From positions 96,001 to 160,000 of the forward strand of contig JBGASG010000004.1 of assembly GCA_044229845.1 (NCBI GenBank): DNA of 64,000 nucleotides. Reading direction: 5' to 3'. Each line of letters starts with the position of its first letter. Within the stretch, counting starts at the first letter, position 1. The notes beneath the pieces are model-generated. The model was not told the origin of the DNA. It did no database searches and saw nothing but the letters and a program-made list of their open reading frames with translations. A program made the position numbers and the translations under genes. The DNA is from Candidatus Obscuribacteraceae bacterium (GTDB lineage Bacteria; Cyanobacteriota; Vampirovibrionia; Obscuribacterales; Obscuribacteraceae). This document shows, in pieces, positions 1 to 9,151 of the stretch.

Positions 1-2
1 CA

Positions 3-1208
3 GCAAGCGAAGCATCGGCAGGCGAAACTGCAAAAGAAACCGGCACCACCGGTGAAACCATCAACAAAAGTGAAACCATCAACATCACAGCCAAGCCGCT
101 TAGCGATGAGGTCAATCGCGGGCTCGCGTATCTAGTATCGCAACAGGATAAATCCGGCGGCTGGGCGCAGGGCGACGAAGCGAAAAGCATGGGCAACACC
201 GCAAAAGTCGGTGAGGTCCCCAACGTTGCCGATACATGTCTGGCCGGTCTGGCGTTGATACGCTCCGGCAACTATCCCAACTCAGGGAAGTACGCCGACA
301 ACGTCAACCGTGCCGTTTCCTTCGTTTGCGAAAGTGTCGAGAAGGCTGATGCAGACTCGATCTACATCACGGATGTACGCAATACCCGCGTGCAAATGAA
401 GCTCGGTCCGTACGTGGATACTTTTTTCGCTTCCCTGTTCTTGTCCGAAGCCAAAGACCACATGTCGGATGATGCGGGACTCGCTCGCGTTCGTATTGCA
501 TTGCAGAAAGTGGTGCACAAGATCCAGCAAAACCAACAGACTGATGGTCAATGGGCCGGCGGCGGCTGGGCTCCGATCCACTCACAGGCTCTGGCAATTC
601 GTGGATTGAACCGCGCCAAACAAGTAGGCGCCGTTGTATCGGACGACTCGTTGGTCAGCGCGGAAACTTTCGCCAAGAAAAACTTCGATCGGCGCACCAA
701 TTCATTTGGCGGTTTGGGATCGGCCGGCATCGGGCTTTATTCAGCAGGCGCCACGGTCGGCGCGTTGCAAGGTTCAATCGACACAAACACCCTGAAAAAG
801 AGCGGACTCAATCAGCAGATTGCCAGTGCCACCACGTCGGAAGAGGTGAAAGCCAATGCCCGCAAAGAATTGACCCGCATTCAGGATGCGGAAGACGAGC
901 AGAAACAAGCAATGGACGCCGTTTCGAATCAAATTCGCGACGACAGATTCGTTGCCGGATTCGGCTGCAACGGTGGCGAAGAATTCCTCAGTTACCTGCA
1001 CATAAGCGAGGGACTGATTGCCGGTAAGCGTTCTGAATTTCCCGCCTGGGATAAGAAAATCACCGCCAACCTCAACAAAGTGCAAAACCAGGACGGCAGC
1101 TGGATGGGTCAGCATTGCATCACCAGTCGCACGTTCTGCACGGGAGCTGCGCTCATGGTGTTGATGGCCGACCGGTCAGCGAACCCATCGATTGCTTCTT
1201 CTAAGTGA
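3..1208 (+). CDS. Prenyltransferase/squalene-oxidase repeat (QW-motif) protein, 5'-partial
   Basis: Frame is open from base 3, upstream of the ORF-track start at 189. QxxxGxW repeats: QQDKSGGW, QQTDGQW, QNQDGSW. Confidence 0.75.
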   Translation, partial: ASEASAGETAKETGTTGETINKSETINITAKPLSDEVNRGLAYLVSQQDKSGGWAQGDEAKSMGNTAKVGEVPNVADTCLAGLALIRSGNYPNSGKYADNVNRAVSFVCESVEKADADSIYITDVRNTRVQMKLGPYVDTFFASLFLSEAKDHMSDDAGLARVRIALQKVVHKIQQNQQTDGQWAGGGWAPIHSQALAIRGLNRAKQVGAVVSDDSLVSAETFAKKNFDRRTNSFGGLGSAGIGLYSAGATVGALQGSIDTNTLKKSGLNQQIASATTSEEVKANARKELTRIQDAEDEQKQAMDAVSNQIRDDRFVAGFGCNGGEEFLSYLHISEGLIAGKRSEFPAWDKKITANLNKVQNQDGSWMGQHCITSRTFCTGAALMVLMADRSANPSIASSK

Positions 1209-1226
1209 GTTTCGACCTAGCCCGAC

Positions 1227-1706
1227 CTAGCGCCAGTTCTGCACCAGCGGCTTGACCCGTTTATGACTGATGCGAGCCTTCGTTTTGGTCGCAACAGCAG
1301 GTTTCTTCGCCGGCTTGACATAAGCATTCGAGTCAGTCTTCGAGTTGACGTTTGAATTGAGATTCGGGTTGACCTTCGAACTTACGTTCGGGTTTACCTT
1401 CGAATCGATGTTCGGATTAACCTTCGAATTAACTCTGGTATCGACTTTGGTGTCCCATTCCTTAATCGTCGAGCTGTAGCTTGGATTTACCGAGTTAGTC
1501 GTAGGACTTGCAGGCGCGGGCGTCGTCATCACGCCGGAGGGAGTGACCACTGTGTTAGCAGGGGGTGTCAGAATGACCGGTCCCGGTGCCTGTGAGCTTG
1601 CCTGACTGCCGGCTTCCGATCCACCAGCGTACGCTATTTGATAGCCTCCGGCCGCGCAAGAGACCAAGGCCAGCAAGGCAAAGCTCAGCATTTTCGTTCT
1701 GTTCAT
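1227..1706 (-). CDS. Secreted low-complexity protein with SKVNPN repeats
   Basis: GAGGAG RBS before ATG 1706; signal peptide MNRTKMLSFALLALVSCAA; 8-aa-period repeats; basic tail. Confidence 0.7.
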   Translation of the reverse strand: MNRTKMLSFALLALVSCAAGGYQIAYAGGSEAGSQASSQAPGPVILTPPANTVVTPSGVMTTPAPASPTTNSVNPSYSSTIKEWDTKVDTRVNSKVNPNIDSKVNPNVSSKVNPNLNSNVNSKTDSNAYVKPAKKPAVATKTKARISHKRVKPLVQNWR

Positions 1707-1734
1707 AGGTCGACTCCTCGTATGCAAAAGAGGT

Positions 1735-1761
1735 GGACGGAGCCTCCTGTGAATTGGTTCC
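1735..1761 (-). promoter_or_regulatory. ECF sigma-type promoter GGAACC-N16-CGTCC
   Basis: Minus strand ggaacc aattcacaggaggctc cgtcc; the same architecture occurs at 24805-24831. Confidence 0.6.
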
Positions 1762-1937
1762 GGCTGAGTTACCGCCGCACCATTGCACCAGTTTCTGTGC
1801 AGCAACCCCAGTTTTTGCACTCGAAACACCTGGCGCAGGCTAGTTCGAGTGCAGGTTTAGCTCAACTTGCACCAAACTTGCTTAGTGCACTGGCGGGGTT
1901 AATCGAACGCGTCGATCTGATGCGCCGCGGCCGTCGC

Positions 1938-2759
1938 TCAGAGCATCGTGAACTTTTCTTTTTCCATCCCATGCAAAACGGTGATAGATGCGGCTGTCTT
2001 CAAGATTTTCTCAAAAAGCTGCCGGTCTACTTTGTTCTTTGACTTAGCGAGATCTCTAATCCGCTTCATGTGCGCCACCGCTGAAAACATCGAGTAATCC
2101 GCCATGAATACGCGCGTGCCGTCAGCCGCTCGCATCTCCCTCAGATGACGATGTCCAACAAAGAGAGCAGGATGCAATTCCTTCAAGGATTTGCTTGGAT
2201 GTTTGGTAAGCGTCACTTGCATACCGGGCTTCATCGAGATGACACCATCGACGGTGCGCACCAGCACCGTGCCTCGGTGCGCATCATAGAGGTCGAGAAC
2301 CGTTACGCCATCGTCTCTCTTCAAGACGACCGCGACGCAACCAGCCCCCACGGTGATCTGCCCTTCATCAGTGGTGACGGTGGTGTCCTTATCCGGACGC
2401 ACTAAAACACTTCCACCATCAAGGTCGTAGTTGCCGATCTCCGGATGGAAATCGACGTCGACGGGCTCGCGAGTGAGATTCACCAGTTCCTGAGTAGCTT
2501 CATACTCGGTCGGGTCGGTTTCTTCAAAAGTGCCTGCATGCAATTCACCTTCGACCGTCGATACCTCGTTGGTCTGAATTTGCTGCACGAACTGCGTCGA
2601 TTGTTCTTGATTGACTCTCGATGTCGGAGTGATATCGGTCTGAACGCGGAAGCGGGTCGCGTCCTGAGATTCGGACTGCGCCCGCACCGCCTGGCTGTTG
2701 TTCGCAAACACCAGAGTTAAAGCGATAGCGATTGTCAATTGTGGACGGCGACAGGGCAC
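1938..2759 (-). CDS. Secreted hypothetical protein, FecR-like beta-rich domain
   Basis: Signal peptide; segment LDGGSVLV..TVTT..GQITV..V.VLD..GTV.V..MKPGMQVTL resembles FecR. Confidence 0.55.
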   Translation of the reverse strand: MPCRRPQLTIAIALTLVFANNSQAVRAQSESQDATRFRVQTDITPTSRVNQEQSTQFVQQIQTNEVSTVEGELHAGTFEETDPTEYEATQELVNLTREPVDVDFHPEIGNYDLDGGSVLVRPDKDTTVTTDEGQITVGAGCVAVVLKRDDGVTVLDLYDAHRGTVLVRTVDGVISMKPGMQVTLTKHPSKSLKELHPALFVGHRHLREMRAADGTRVFMADYSMFSAVAHMKRIRDLAKSKNKVDRQLFEKILKTAASITVLHGMEKEKFTML

Positions 2760-2810
2760 GGCATTTCATTTGAGGTAACACCATAGTCTACCCCAGCCGC
2801 GTTCGTTAGT

Positions 2811-3635
2811 TTAAGCCGTCAATTTTTGATCCCGATTGCGATCGAGGGGCGTGTCCGGACCACTGATTTGCAAAGAAGGAAGTTGCAGTTTCTTCTGTTC
2901 TTGCAGTTGGGCTTTCTGCTGGTCCTTCAGCCACTGGTCCAGATCCTGGCGATATATACCCTGGCGTTCCGCCCCCGGTACACCTGGGACATGATCTGCA
3001 GTGTTGGCAATCTTGTCCCAGTTATTCAGAATCACGTTCAGGCTGGTCCGCTTCTCACCAGGAACAGACTTGAGGAAATTCTCGAACTCCGCTTTCGTCA
3101 GCGAGCCGTTGCCGTCAGTGTCAATCTTGTCGAAACGGGTCGTTTGTCCCGGCTCCGGACGGAAGAAGAAACGTCGCATGTCGCCGATGGCGACCGGTTC
3201 GTTGGTTTCGACGTGAGTGCTCATGCCGGTCGGATGCTGTGCGTCGCGCTTTTGCTCTCTGGTAATCGGTCCGGCGGGCTTGCCGTTTTTCCAGGCACAT
3301 TCGCCGACAACCTTGCCGTCTTTCGCATCGACGATGTACATCTCATCAGCCTGACTCTTACCGTGCGGGACATGGGCGATCATCAGGTGTCCGGTCTTAT
3401 CGAAGCCCACCAGATGCAAATCATCCTTGCCATGCAATGGTCCACCCGGAGCATGCAGCCCCTTATCGAACTGCTGCATCTGGTGGGAAAAACTCTTGTG
3501 GGCATTGTTTCCGGCATCGACTGTGTGACTGCGCGACCAGATATGGGCGGCTTCAGTCATCATCTTTTCGCCGGCGCCATTCTGTGTGTGATTGACCAGG
3601 GTCTCGCCTAGCTCATGGTGCAGGTGTTTGCTCAT
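2811..3635 (-). CDS. EF-hand-containing hypothetical protein
   Basis: EF-hand DTDGNGSLTKAE; GGAG before ATG 3635; no signal peptide. Confidence 0.65.
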   Translation of the reverse strand: MSKHLHHELGETLVNHTQNGAGEKMMTEAAHIWSRSHTVDAGNNAHKSFSHQMQQFDKGLHAPGGPLHGKDDLHLVGFDKTGHLMIAHVPHGKSQADEMYIVDAKDGKVVGECAWKNGKPAGPITREQKRDAQHPTGMSTHVETNEPVAIGDMRRFFFRPEPGQTTRFDKIDTDGNGSLTKAEFENFLKSVPGEKRTSLNVILNNWDKIANTADHVPGVPGAERQGIYRQDLDQWLKDQQKAQLQEQKKLQLPSLQISGPDTPLDRNRDQKLTA

Positions 3636-3665
3636 TTGCGCCGCTCCGATGGGGTCGATAGCGAC

Positions 3666-3721
3666 ACTGTATGGAAACCGCCGACCAAATTCGGGACACG
3701 CTTGTGACAATTTCGGGTCAG
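3666..3721 (-). promoter_or_regulatory. 11-bp-period direct-repeat (pho-box-like) promoter with -10 TACAGT
   Basis: Minus strand ctgaccc gaaa ttgtcac aagc gtgtccc gaat ttggtcg N10 TACAGT. Confidence 0.5.
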
Positions 3722-3844
3722 CAAAACTGGCGGTGCGTAATTATGCACTTTGCTATGCATGGATAACCATTGGAGATACAGATCTAGAAAGAGACAATTC
3801 AAATGTAAAAGGGGTTGGGCGTTATTTCGCCGAGGCAATTACTA

Positions 3845-4270
3845 ATGACGAACCTGGAGCAGCAACTGCACACACCGCAAGCCACGATGGCTGTCGCTGG
3901 TGCACCCACGTATCCGGCGCGCGCGCCGGTAGTCGACCGGCAGTTCGAGACCGGCGGACTGGACCAATTGCCCGACGGACAGTTATTTAATCGGCGCGGC
4001 GTTGAAGCATTCAATCGCGCCCGACAAGAAGCCCTGGCTCAGGGGCTCGATATAAAAGTCGTCTGCGCGCTACGCAGTGAGCCGACGATGCCGCTTTATC
4101 CATTCCGCGGACGCCGTTCTGCTGCCAGTTGCTCCACTCACGACCTCGAACGCGGCGCGATCGGTATCGATATCGACAAGTGGTGGCAGGTCAAAGAAAT
4201 TTTGGAGAAACACGGATTCCGCTGGAAAAACCATCCGGATCATCCGGGTCACTTCGATTTCGTCAACTAA
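3845..4270 (+). CDS. Divergent M15-family (D,D-carboxypeptidase-like) metallopeptidase
   Basis: IKVVCALRS, STH..AIGIDI, LEKHGFRW and HPGHFDF follow the M15 motif order. Confidence 0.6.
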   Translation: MTNLEQQLHTPQATMAVAGAPTYPARAPVVDRQFETGGLDQLPDGQLFNRRGVEAFNRARQEALAQGLDIKVVCALRSEPTMPLYPFRGRRSAASCSTHDLERGAIGIDIDKWWQVKEILEKHGFRWKNHPDHPGHFDFVN

Positions 4271-4285
4271 CTAAGCTAAGTAGCC

Positions 4286-6298
4286 TCAGAACGAGAACTC
4301 TTTTTCGCGAGAGCAGTACTGGAACATCGAGATAGGTCTGCCAGTGAACTTCTTCAAACTCTTAGCCAGCGAAACGAACGGGGAATAGTCCTTCAGGTTC
4401 TCACCTCCGGACACGTTCAAAGAATAAAACGGAATCTGCGGTTGGCGCTCAACGTAACCGAAGGGATTTTCGCCTGTATCGGGGACGCGCTCGCTTGATT
4501 CGATGACGGTCGTGGTGGCAGGAATTCCACCCACAGACTGCTGGTGCAGTCCATCAAGAATTACTTTCTGAATCTTCACGCCATCTTCGGCGCGGACGTT
4601 CCAGACAATCGGCGCGTAGCCGCACAGCACCAGAATCACATTCGGGTGGTCGATCGATAGATTAACGTCGATGTGTCCGATGTGCTGGTAATCGTTGTCC
4701 TGACCGTTGCTCTGATCCCAAGCCTGGTGCGCGTAGACAACGAGCATCTCAGGTTCGCCGGTGGGCACCGGATTGCTCCACGTGATCAAAGGATAGTTAG
4801 TTTCATTGCGCTTCCATCTCGCAGCCATCTTGTCGCGAAACTGAACGCGCCTCGCTTCCGGTCCTCCCCCCATACCACCCATACCGAGGGAGACTCGCTT
4901 GCCTTTGCCGTCATCGACAAAGATAGAACCATTGCTCATGCGAACGGTTTTGCCGTTCTTGTCGCGGATGGTCATTCCATCAGGACCAATCTGAACGTTG
5001 TCCGGATCGCCTTCCGCCTGATCTTGTGCCTCGTCACGACGGTCCTGCTCAGCATCTGCCGCATCTTGTGCTTGATCCGCTGCTTCCTGAGCAGCATCGC
5101 CATCGGCGCTAGGCACGTTGAGCGAAACAGAGGACTGCCCCTCAGGCGGCGGCCGATCGGGTGGGTTGCGCCCAGCCACACCGACTATCAAAGCCACCGC
5201 GCCTAAAAGAGCGAAGGCAGCCAGGAGAATCGCAATGCCGGCGATCGGCGAAATCACGATGCCTCCAGACTTGGAGCTGGTTGCCGGGCTTTCGCTCGCC
5301 GCTGCTCCAGATTTAGCGGTACCACCACCGGTGATGTCGACGACAGTTTTGTCTTCGAACGGCGCGGCAGTTGCCGGCGCCACTGCGGAGGCAGCAGTCC
5401 CGCCCGCCGCAACGGCTGGCACCGGCGCGCTCGCGGCTCCGGACACAGCGCGTGCCAGCGCCTCGCTCATCTCTCCGACAGTCTGGTAGCGGTCGTCGCG
5501 ATTCTTGGCCATCGCTTTGCGAATCACTTCTTCTACAGCCGGTGAGACGTTAGCCGGCGGACACACCTCTTTAATTGGTGGTGGCAACTCATTCATGTGC
5601 TTGAAGATCGTTTGCACGATGGTGTCACCACGCAGCGGAACATTGCCGCTCAGCACCTCGTACAAGAGACAACCGATGGAATAGATATCAGAACGCGCGT
5701 CGATTTGAGTGCCGGAACACTGCTCGGGGCTCATGTAGAGCGGGCTGCCGAAAAGCTCGCCCGTCTGCGTCAGGTGCTGGGTGTTATCTACTTCTTTAGC
5801 AATTCCAAAGTCGAGCACTTTGGCAATGCGTTCGCCGTCGCTTTCGGTGAGCATGATGTTGCTCGGTTTCAAATCGCGGTGCACCAGTCCTCGACCGTGT
5901 GCATGCGCCAGTCCCTTGCAGATTTGCTGGAAGATCGGCAACGACGCCGCCACACTCAAATAGCCGCGTTCTTGCAAAAGCGCAGCAAGAGTTTTGCCCT
6001 CCAGATAGTCCATCACCAGATATGGTGCCCCGGACTCGAGCTGCCCGTAGTCATAAACGTGCGTCACGTTCGGATGATTCAGAGACGCCGCCAGTTTGGC
6101 TTCCTGCTGAAAGCGGCGCAAATACTTCTCATCTTTTGATAGCTTCTCGACCAGCACCTTGACTGCAACTGGGCGACCAAGTTCAGTGTGCTGTGCCATG
6201 TACAGCGCACCCATGCCGCCTTCGCCGACACGCGCCATCACTCTGTATTTACCGCCAAGCACTTGCCCGACGAGACTGTCGCTACCCTCTACTGACAT
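4286..6298 (-). CDS. Membrane Ser/Thr protein kinase with extracellular C-terminal domain
   Basis: GEGGMG, VAVK, HRDLKPSN, DFG, YMSPEQ; one TM helix. Confidence 0.95.
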   Translation of the reverse strand: MSVEGSDSLVGQVLGGKYRVMARVGEGGMGALYMAQHTELGRPVAVKVLVEKLSKDEKYLRRFQQEAKLAASLNHPNVTHVYDYGQLESGAPYLVMDYLEGKTLAALLQERGYLSVAASLPIFQQICKGLAHAHGRGLVHRDLKPSNIMLTESDGERIAKVLDFGIAKEVDNTQHLTQTGELFGSPLYMSPEQCSGTQIDARSDIYSIGCLLYEVLSGNVPLRGDTIVQTIFKHMNELPPPIKEVCPPANVSPAVEEVIRKAMAKNRDDRYQTVGEMSEALARAVSGAASAPVPAVAAGGTAASAVAPATAAPFEDKTVVDITGGGTAKSGAAASESPATSSKSGGIVISPIAGIAILLAAFALLGAVALIVGVAGRNPPDRPPPEGQSSVSLNVPSADGDAAQEAADQAQDAADAEQDRRDEAQDQAEGDPDNVQIGPDGMTIRDKNGKTVRMSNGSIFVDDGKGKRVSLGMGGMGGGPEARRVQFRDKMAARWKRNETNYPLITWSNPVPTGEPEMLVVYAHQAWDQSNGQDNDYQHIGHIDVNLSIDHPNVILVLCGYAPIVWNVRAEDGVKIQKVILDGLHQQSVGGIPATTTVIESSERVPDTGENPFGYVERQPQIPFYSLNVSGGENLKDYSPFVSLAKSLKKFTGRPISMFQYCSREKEFSF

Positions 6299-6389
6299 CC
6301 AATCAAATCCCAGGACCCGGTATGAGTTGCCCCATTTTATCGGCTATCATTAGCCTTTTGCTATAGACTCTCGCTATAGAGGAACGCCA

Positions 6390-7715
6390 ATGCAGACAGT
6401 GCCTGCAGCAACCCCGGCTCCCGCGCTCTCCCAGTCTGATTCGGAAATGGAACAATCCAACCGTCCCTGGCATGTGCTGCTCGCCACCTGGTTGGGTGGC
6501 GTCTTCGACGGCATGGACTCGTCTATTTTCGCCATCGTGCTCTTTCCAGCGCTGTCCGAATTGATGCACACAAATTCGCATGCGGTGGCGGGACAGTACG
6601 GCTCCTATATCGTGGCGTTCTTCATGGTCGGCTGGGCTCTGGGCGCGATGCTGTTCGGCACGCTGGCTGACTACATCGGGCGCGCTCGCACCATGACGAT
6701 TACGATTTTGCTCTATGCGCTCTGCACCGGTCTATGCGCCATAGCCAACAGCTGGTGGGAGTTGGGTATCTATCGGTTTCTTGTCGGCGCCGGCATCGGC
6801 GGCGAGATGGGCGTGGCGGCAGTATTTTTATCGGAGTGCTGGCCGAACAAGTCGCGCATGAAAGCGGTTTCGCTCATGGCCACATCGTTGGGTTGCGGCT
6901 ATCTATTGACGGCGCTACTGAATCTAACGCTCGGACACCTCGGCTGGCGGGCGCTCTTCGTAGCCGGCGTCGCACCGGCGTTTCTCACCGTCTACATGCG
7001 GTTCAAATTGAAGGAATCGCATAAGTATCAACAAGCCGACGACGCACGCCGCGCGATCAAAGCTAAGAGCGCCGACGAGCGCACCCAGGAAGAAACTGAC
7101 AGTTTGCGCCTGACCGTCTGGGAACTCTTCACGCCCGAAAACCGCATCCGCACGCTGAATGTCAGCCTTCTGGCCAGCGTCGCGATTATCGCCTGGTGGG
7201 CGGTGCTCGCCTGGATTCCCGCCTGGGTCAATCAGTTGACCGGAACGCTCGCTGTAGAACAACGCTCGCACGCCATGTTCGCCAAGGATGCCGGCATGAT
7301 TATGTCGGGACTGATCGGCGGCATGCTGGTGATGCGCTACGGCTACAAGAAATGCATGATGGTGACGATGGCTCTTGCTTGCGTGATCGCCATCGGCATG
7401 TTCACCACGGTGCATTCATTCTCGCTGAACTTGCTGGCCTGGATTCTCGGATTGGGTTTCTTCGCGCACCTGCCCTTCGTGCTGCTCTGGATGTACATAC
7501 CGGAACTCTATCCCTCGCGCATCCGCAGCACCGCCTTCGGTCTCTCCTACAACGTGGGACGGTTCCTGGCTGCGTTTGCCGTGCTGGGAAGCGGTGCGCT
7601 GATCAAAGCGTTGGATGGCTCCTACGCCATCGCCGCCTCAATCGTGGCATCGGTCTACATCTTCGGTGTGGTCGCGGCTGCTTTCATGCCCAAGACATCA
7701 GGCGAAATCAACTGA
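6390..7715 (+). CDS. MFS transporter
   Basis: GTLADYIGRAR motif A, RFLVGAGIGGE, PELYPSRIRSTA; about 12 TM helices. Confidence 0.95.
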   Translation: MQTVPAATPAPALSQSDSEMEQSNRPWHVLLATWLGGVFDGMDSSIFAIVLFPALSELMHTNSHAVAGQYGSYIVAFFMVGWALGAMLFGTLADYIGRARTMTITILLYALCTGLCAIANSWWELGIYRFLVGAGIGGEMGVAAVFLSECWPNKSRMKAVSLMATSLGCGYLLTALLNLTLGHLGWRALFVAGVAPAFLTVYMRFKLKESHKYQQADDARRAIKAKSADERTQEETDSLRLTVWELFTPENRIRTLNVSLLASVAIIAWWAVLAWIPAWVNQLTGTLAVEQRSHAMFAKDAGMIMSGLIGGMLVMRYGYKKCMMVTMALACVIAIGMFTTVHSFSLNLLAWILGLGFFAHLPFVLLWMYIPELYPSRIRSTAFGLSYNVGRFLAAFAVLGSGALIKALDGSYAIAASIVASVYIFGVVAAAFMPKTSGEIN

Positions 7716-7735
7716 CCCGAGCGCCTCATCAGGAG

Positions 7736-7850
7736 GAGTTGCGGGATCCGCACATTTTGAGCGTGTCCGTGCTCACTTTGAGATTAGAACGCAGCCTCGA
7801 ATGCAAAAACTGCGCACGCGAGGCTCCAAAATGTGCGGATCCCGCAACTC
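7736..7850. repeat. 115-bp element with perfect 24-bp terminal inverted repeats (MITE-like or long hairpin)
   Basis: GAGTTGCGGGATCCGCACATTTTG at 7736-7759 and its reverse complement at 7827-7850. Confidence 0.8.
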
Positions 7851-8142
7851 ATTGATTTGGTGAGGAGTAGGGTTGCGCAGGACGGTGCTCCACCGCCACA
7901 AAGCTTAACTCGATTTAAGGTCGAGCTTTGAACTTTTTCGCCCCCTCGAACGTTAAAGGTATGTGAGACACCTTTTTGTGGTTCCGGAACGAACATGATG
8001 TTCGCGGTTCCGTTTTGGCGCGCGTCCGGCAGATCGCCGAATGCCACCACCCGGCGTGCGCAACCCCGGCATGGGCAATCAATTCATTCACACGGCATTC
8101 AGTTTCAACGGCAGTCAGTTTCAACGGCAGGCACGCACTGAT

Positions 8143-8991
8143 ATGAATATGGCTTCTGCAACAACGACTCTTGTTCATCAGCAACAACTACCGGCGCAAG
8201 CTGCAGGCAGAGCCCCGGTTCCACCCGCGCTGATGGCGATGGTGGCATTTGCCGCCGCAGCGCTGGCGGTTTCTTCCCTGGGACTGGTTATCGATCCGCG
8301 ACTTATCGATGGACAGCATGCCTGGCTGCATGCCTTCAAGTTCAGCGCGTCGCTGTGCATATTCGGCATCACGATGGCGTGGATGTCCACATTCATTGAG
8401 CGCACTCGCAATTGGCTGCCACTCTGCGCCGTTTCCGCTCTCACCGGCACAGTGTGCGAGTTGACCACACTGACTCTGCAAGCCTGCCGCGGTGCCAGTT
8501 GCGCCGTCAACTTCAGCACGCCGGTTGACGCCGCGATGTGGACGCTCGCCACAGTCTCGATATTGCCGGTGGCGTTTGCAACGCTGGTGATCTTCGTACT
8601 GCTGATGCGGGAACCGGATCTGCCGCCGGTGCTCGGGCTTTCGCTGAAGCTGGGCGTATTCCTCACGCTTCTGGGAATGGCACCAGGGGTGGTGATGCTG
8701 CTTCCTCAATTATGGAAGGCTTCCCACTGGTTGGCTCCGAATCTCACAACCTCGTTTAGTCAACTGGCCACGCTGATGCAACACATCGATGCGGCTGGCG
8801 TCAAAGACAAGCTGCGCGCGGTTCACTTCATCGGATTGCATGCGTTCCAACTCGTGCCGACTGTGGGTTTTATATTGACGCGCATTCCCTACTCGCTGTC
8901 GGAGCGCGGTCGCTGCACCCTGGTTTTGACTGCAGCCATCGTTATCTTTGATCTGATGCTGCTACTTGTCTGCGAAGCGCTCTACTTTTAG
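8143..8991 (+). CDS. Uncharacterised multi-pass membrane protein
   Basis: Several TM helices; conserved-looking motifs WLHAFKF and LRAVHFIGLHAFQ; start uncertain (8041 possible). Confidence 0.7.
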   Translation: MNMASATTTLVHQQQLPAQAAGRAPVPPALMAMVAFAAAALAVSSLGLVIDPRLIDGQHAWLHAFKFSASLCIFGITMAWMSTFIERTRNWLPLCAVSALTGTVCELTTLTLQACRGASCAVNFSTPVDAAMWTLATVSILPVAFATLVIFVLLMREPDLPPVLGLSLKLGVFLTLLGMAPGVVMLLPQLWKASHWLAPNLTTSFSQLATLMQHIDAAGVKDKLRAVHFIGLHAFQLVPTVGFILTRIPYSLSERGRCTLVLTAAIVIFDLMLLLVCEALYF

Positions 8992-8999
8992 GGCACGGC

Positions 9000-9113
9000 T
9001 GGCCGCCATGGCGGTCACGAAATGGTGAATTTGACCGCCATGGCGGCCAAAGCACCTCGGAATGGCCGCCGTGGCGGTCATATTCGGGGTGTTGGTGACC
9101 GCCACGGCGGCCA
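9000..9113. repeat. REP/REPIN-like cluster of four 18-bp palindromic units in two inverted pairs
   Basis: TGGCCGCCRTGGCGGTCA at 9000 and 9063; inverted copies at 9032 and 9096. Confidence 0.85.
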
Positions 9114-9151
9114 CATTGACTGACGGCATGAACGGGTTGAATGTCCGGAAA

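Noticed and set aside
9000..9113. Possible CRISPR array
   Set aside because: Units alternate orientation, spacers are only 13-15 bp, and there are no cas genes.
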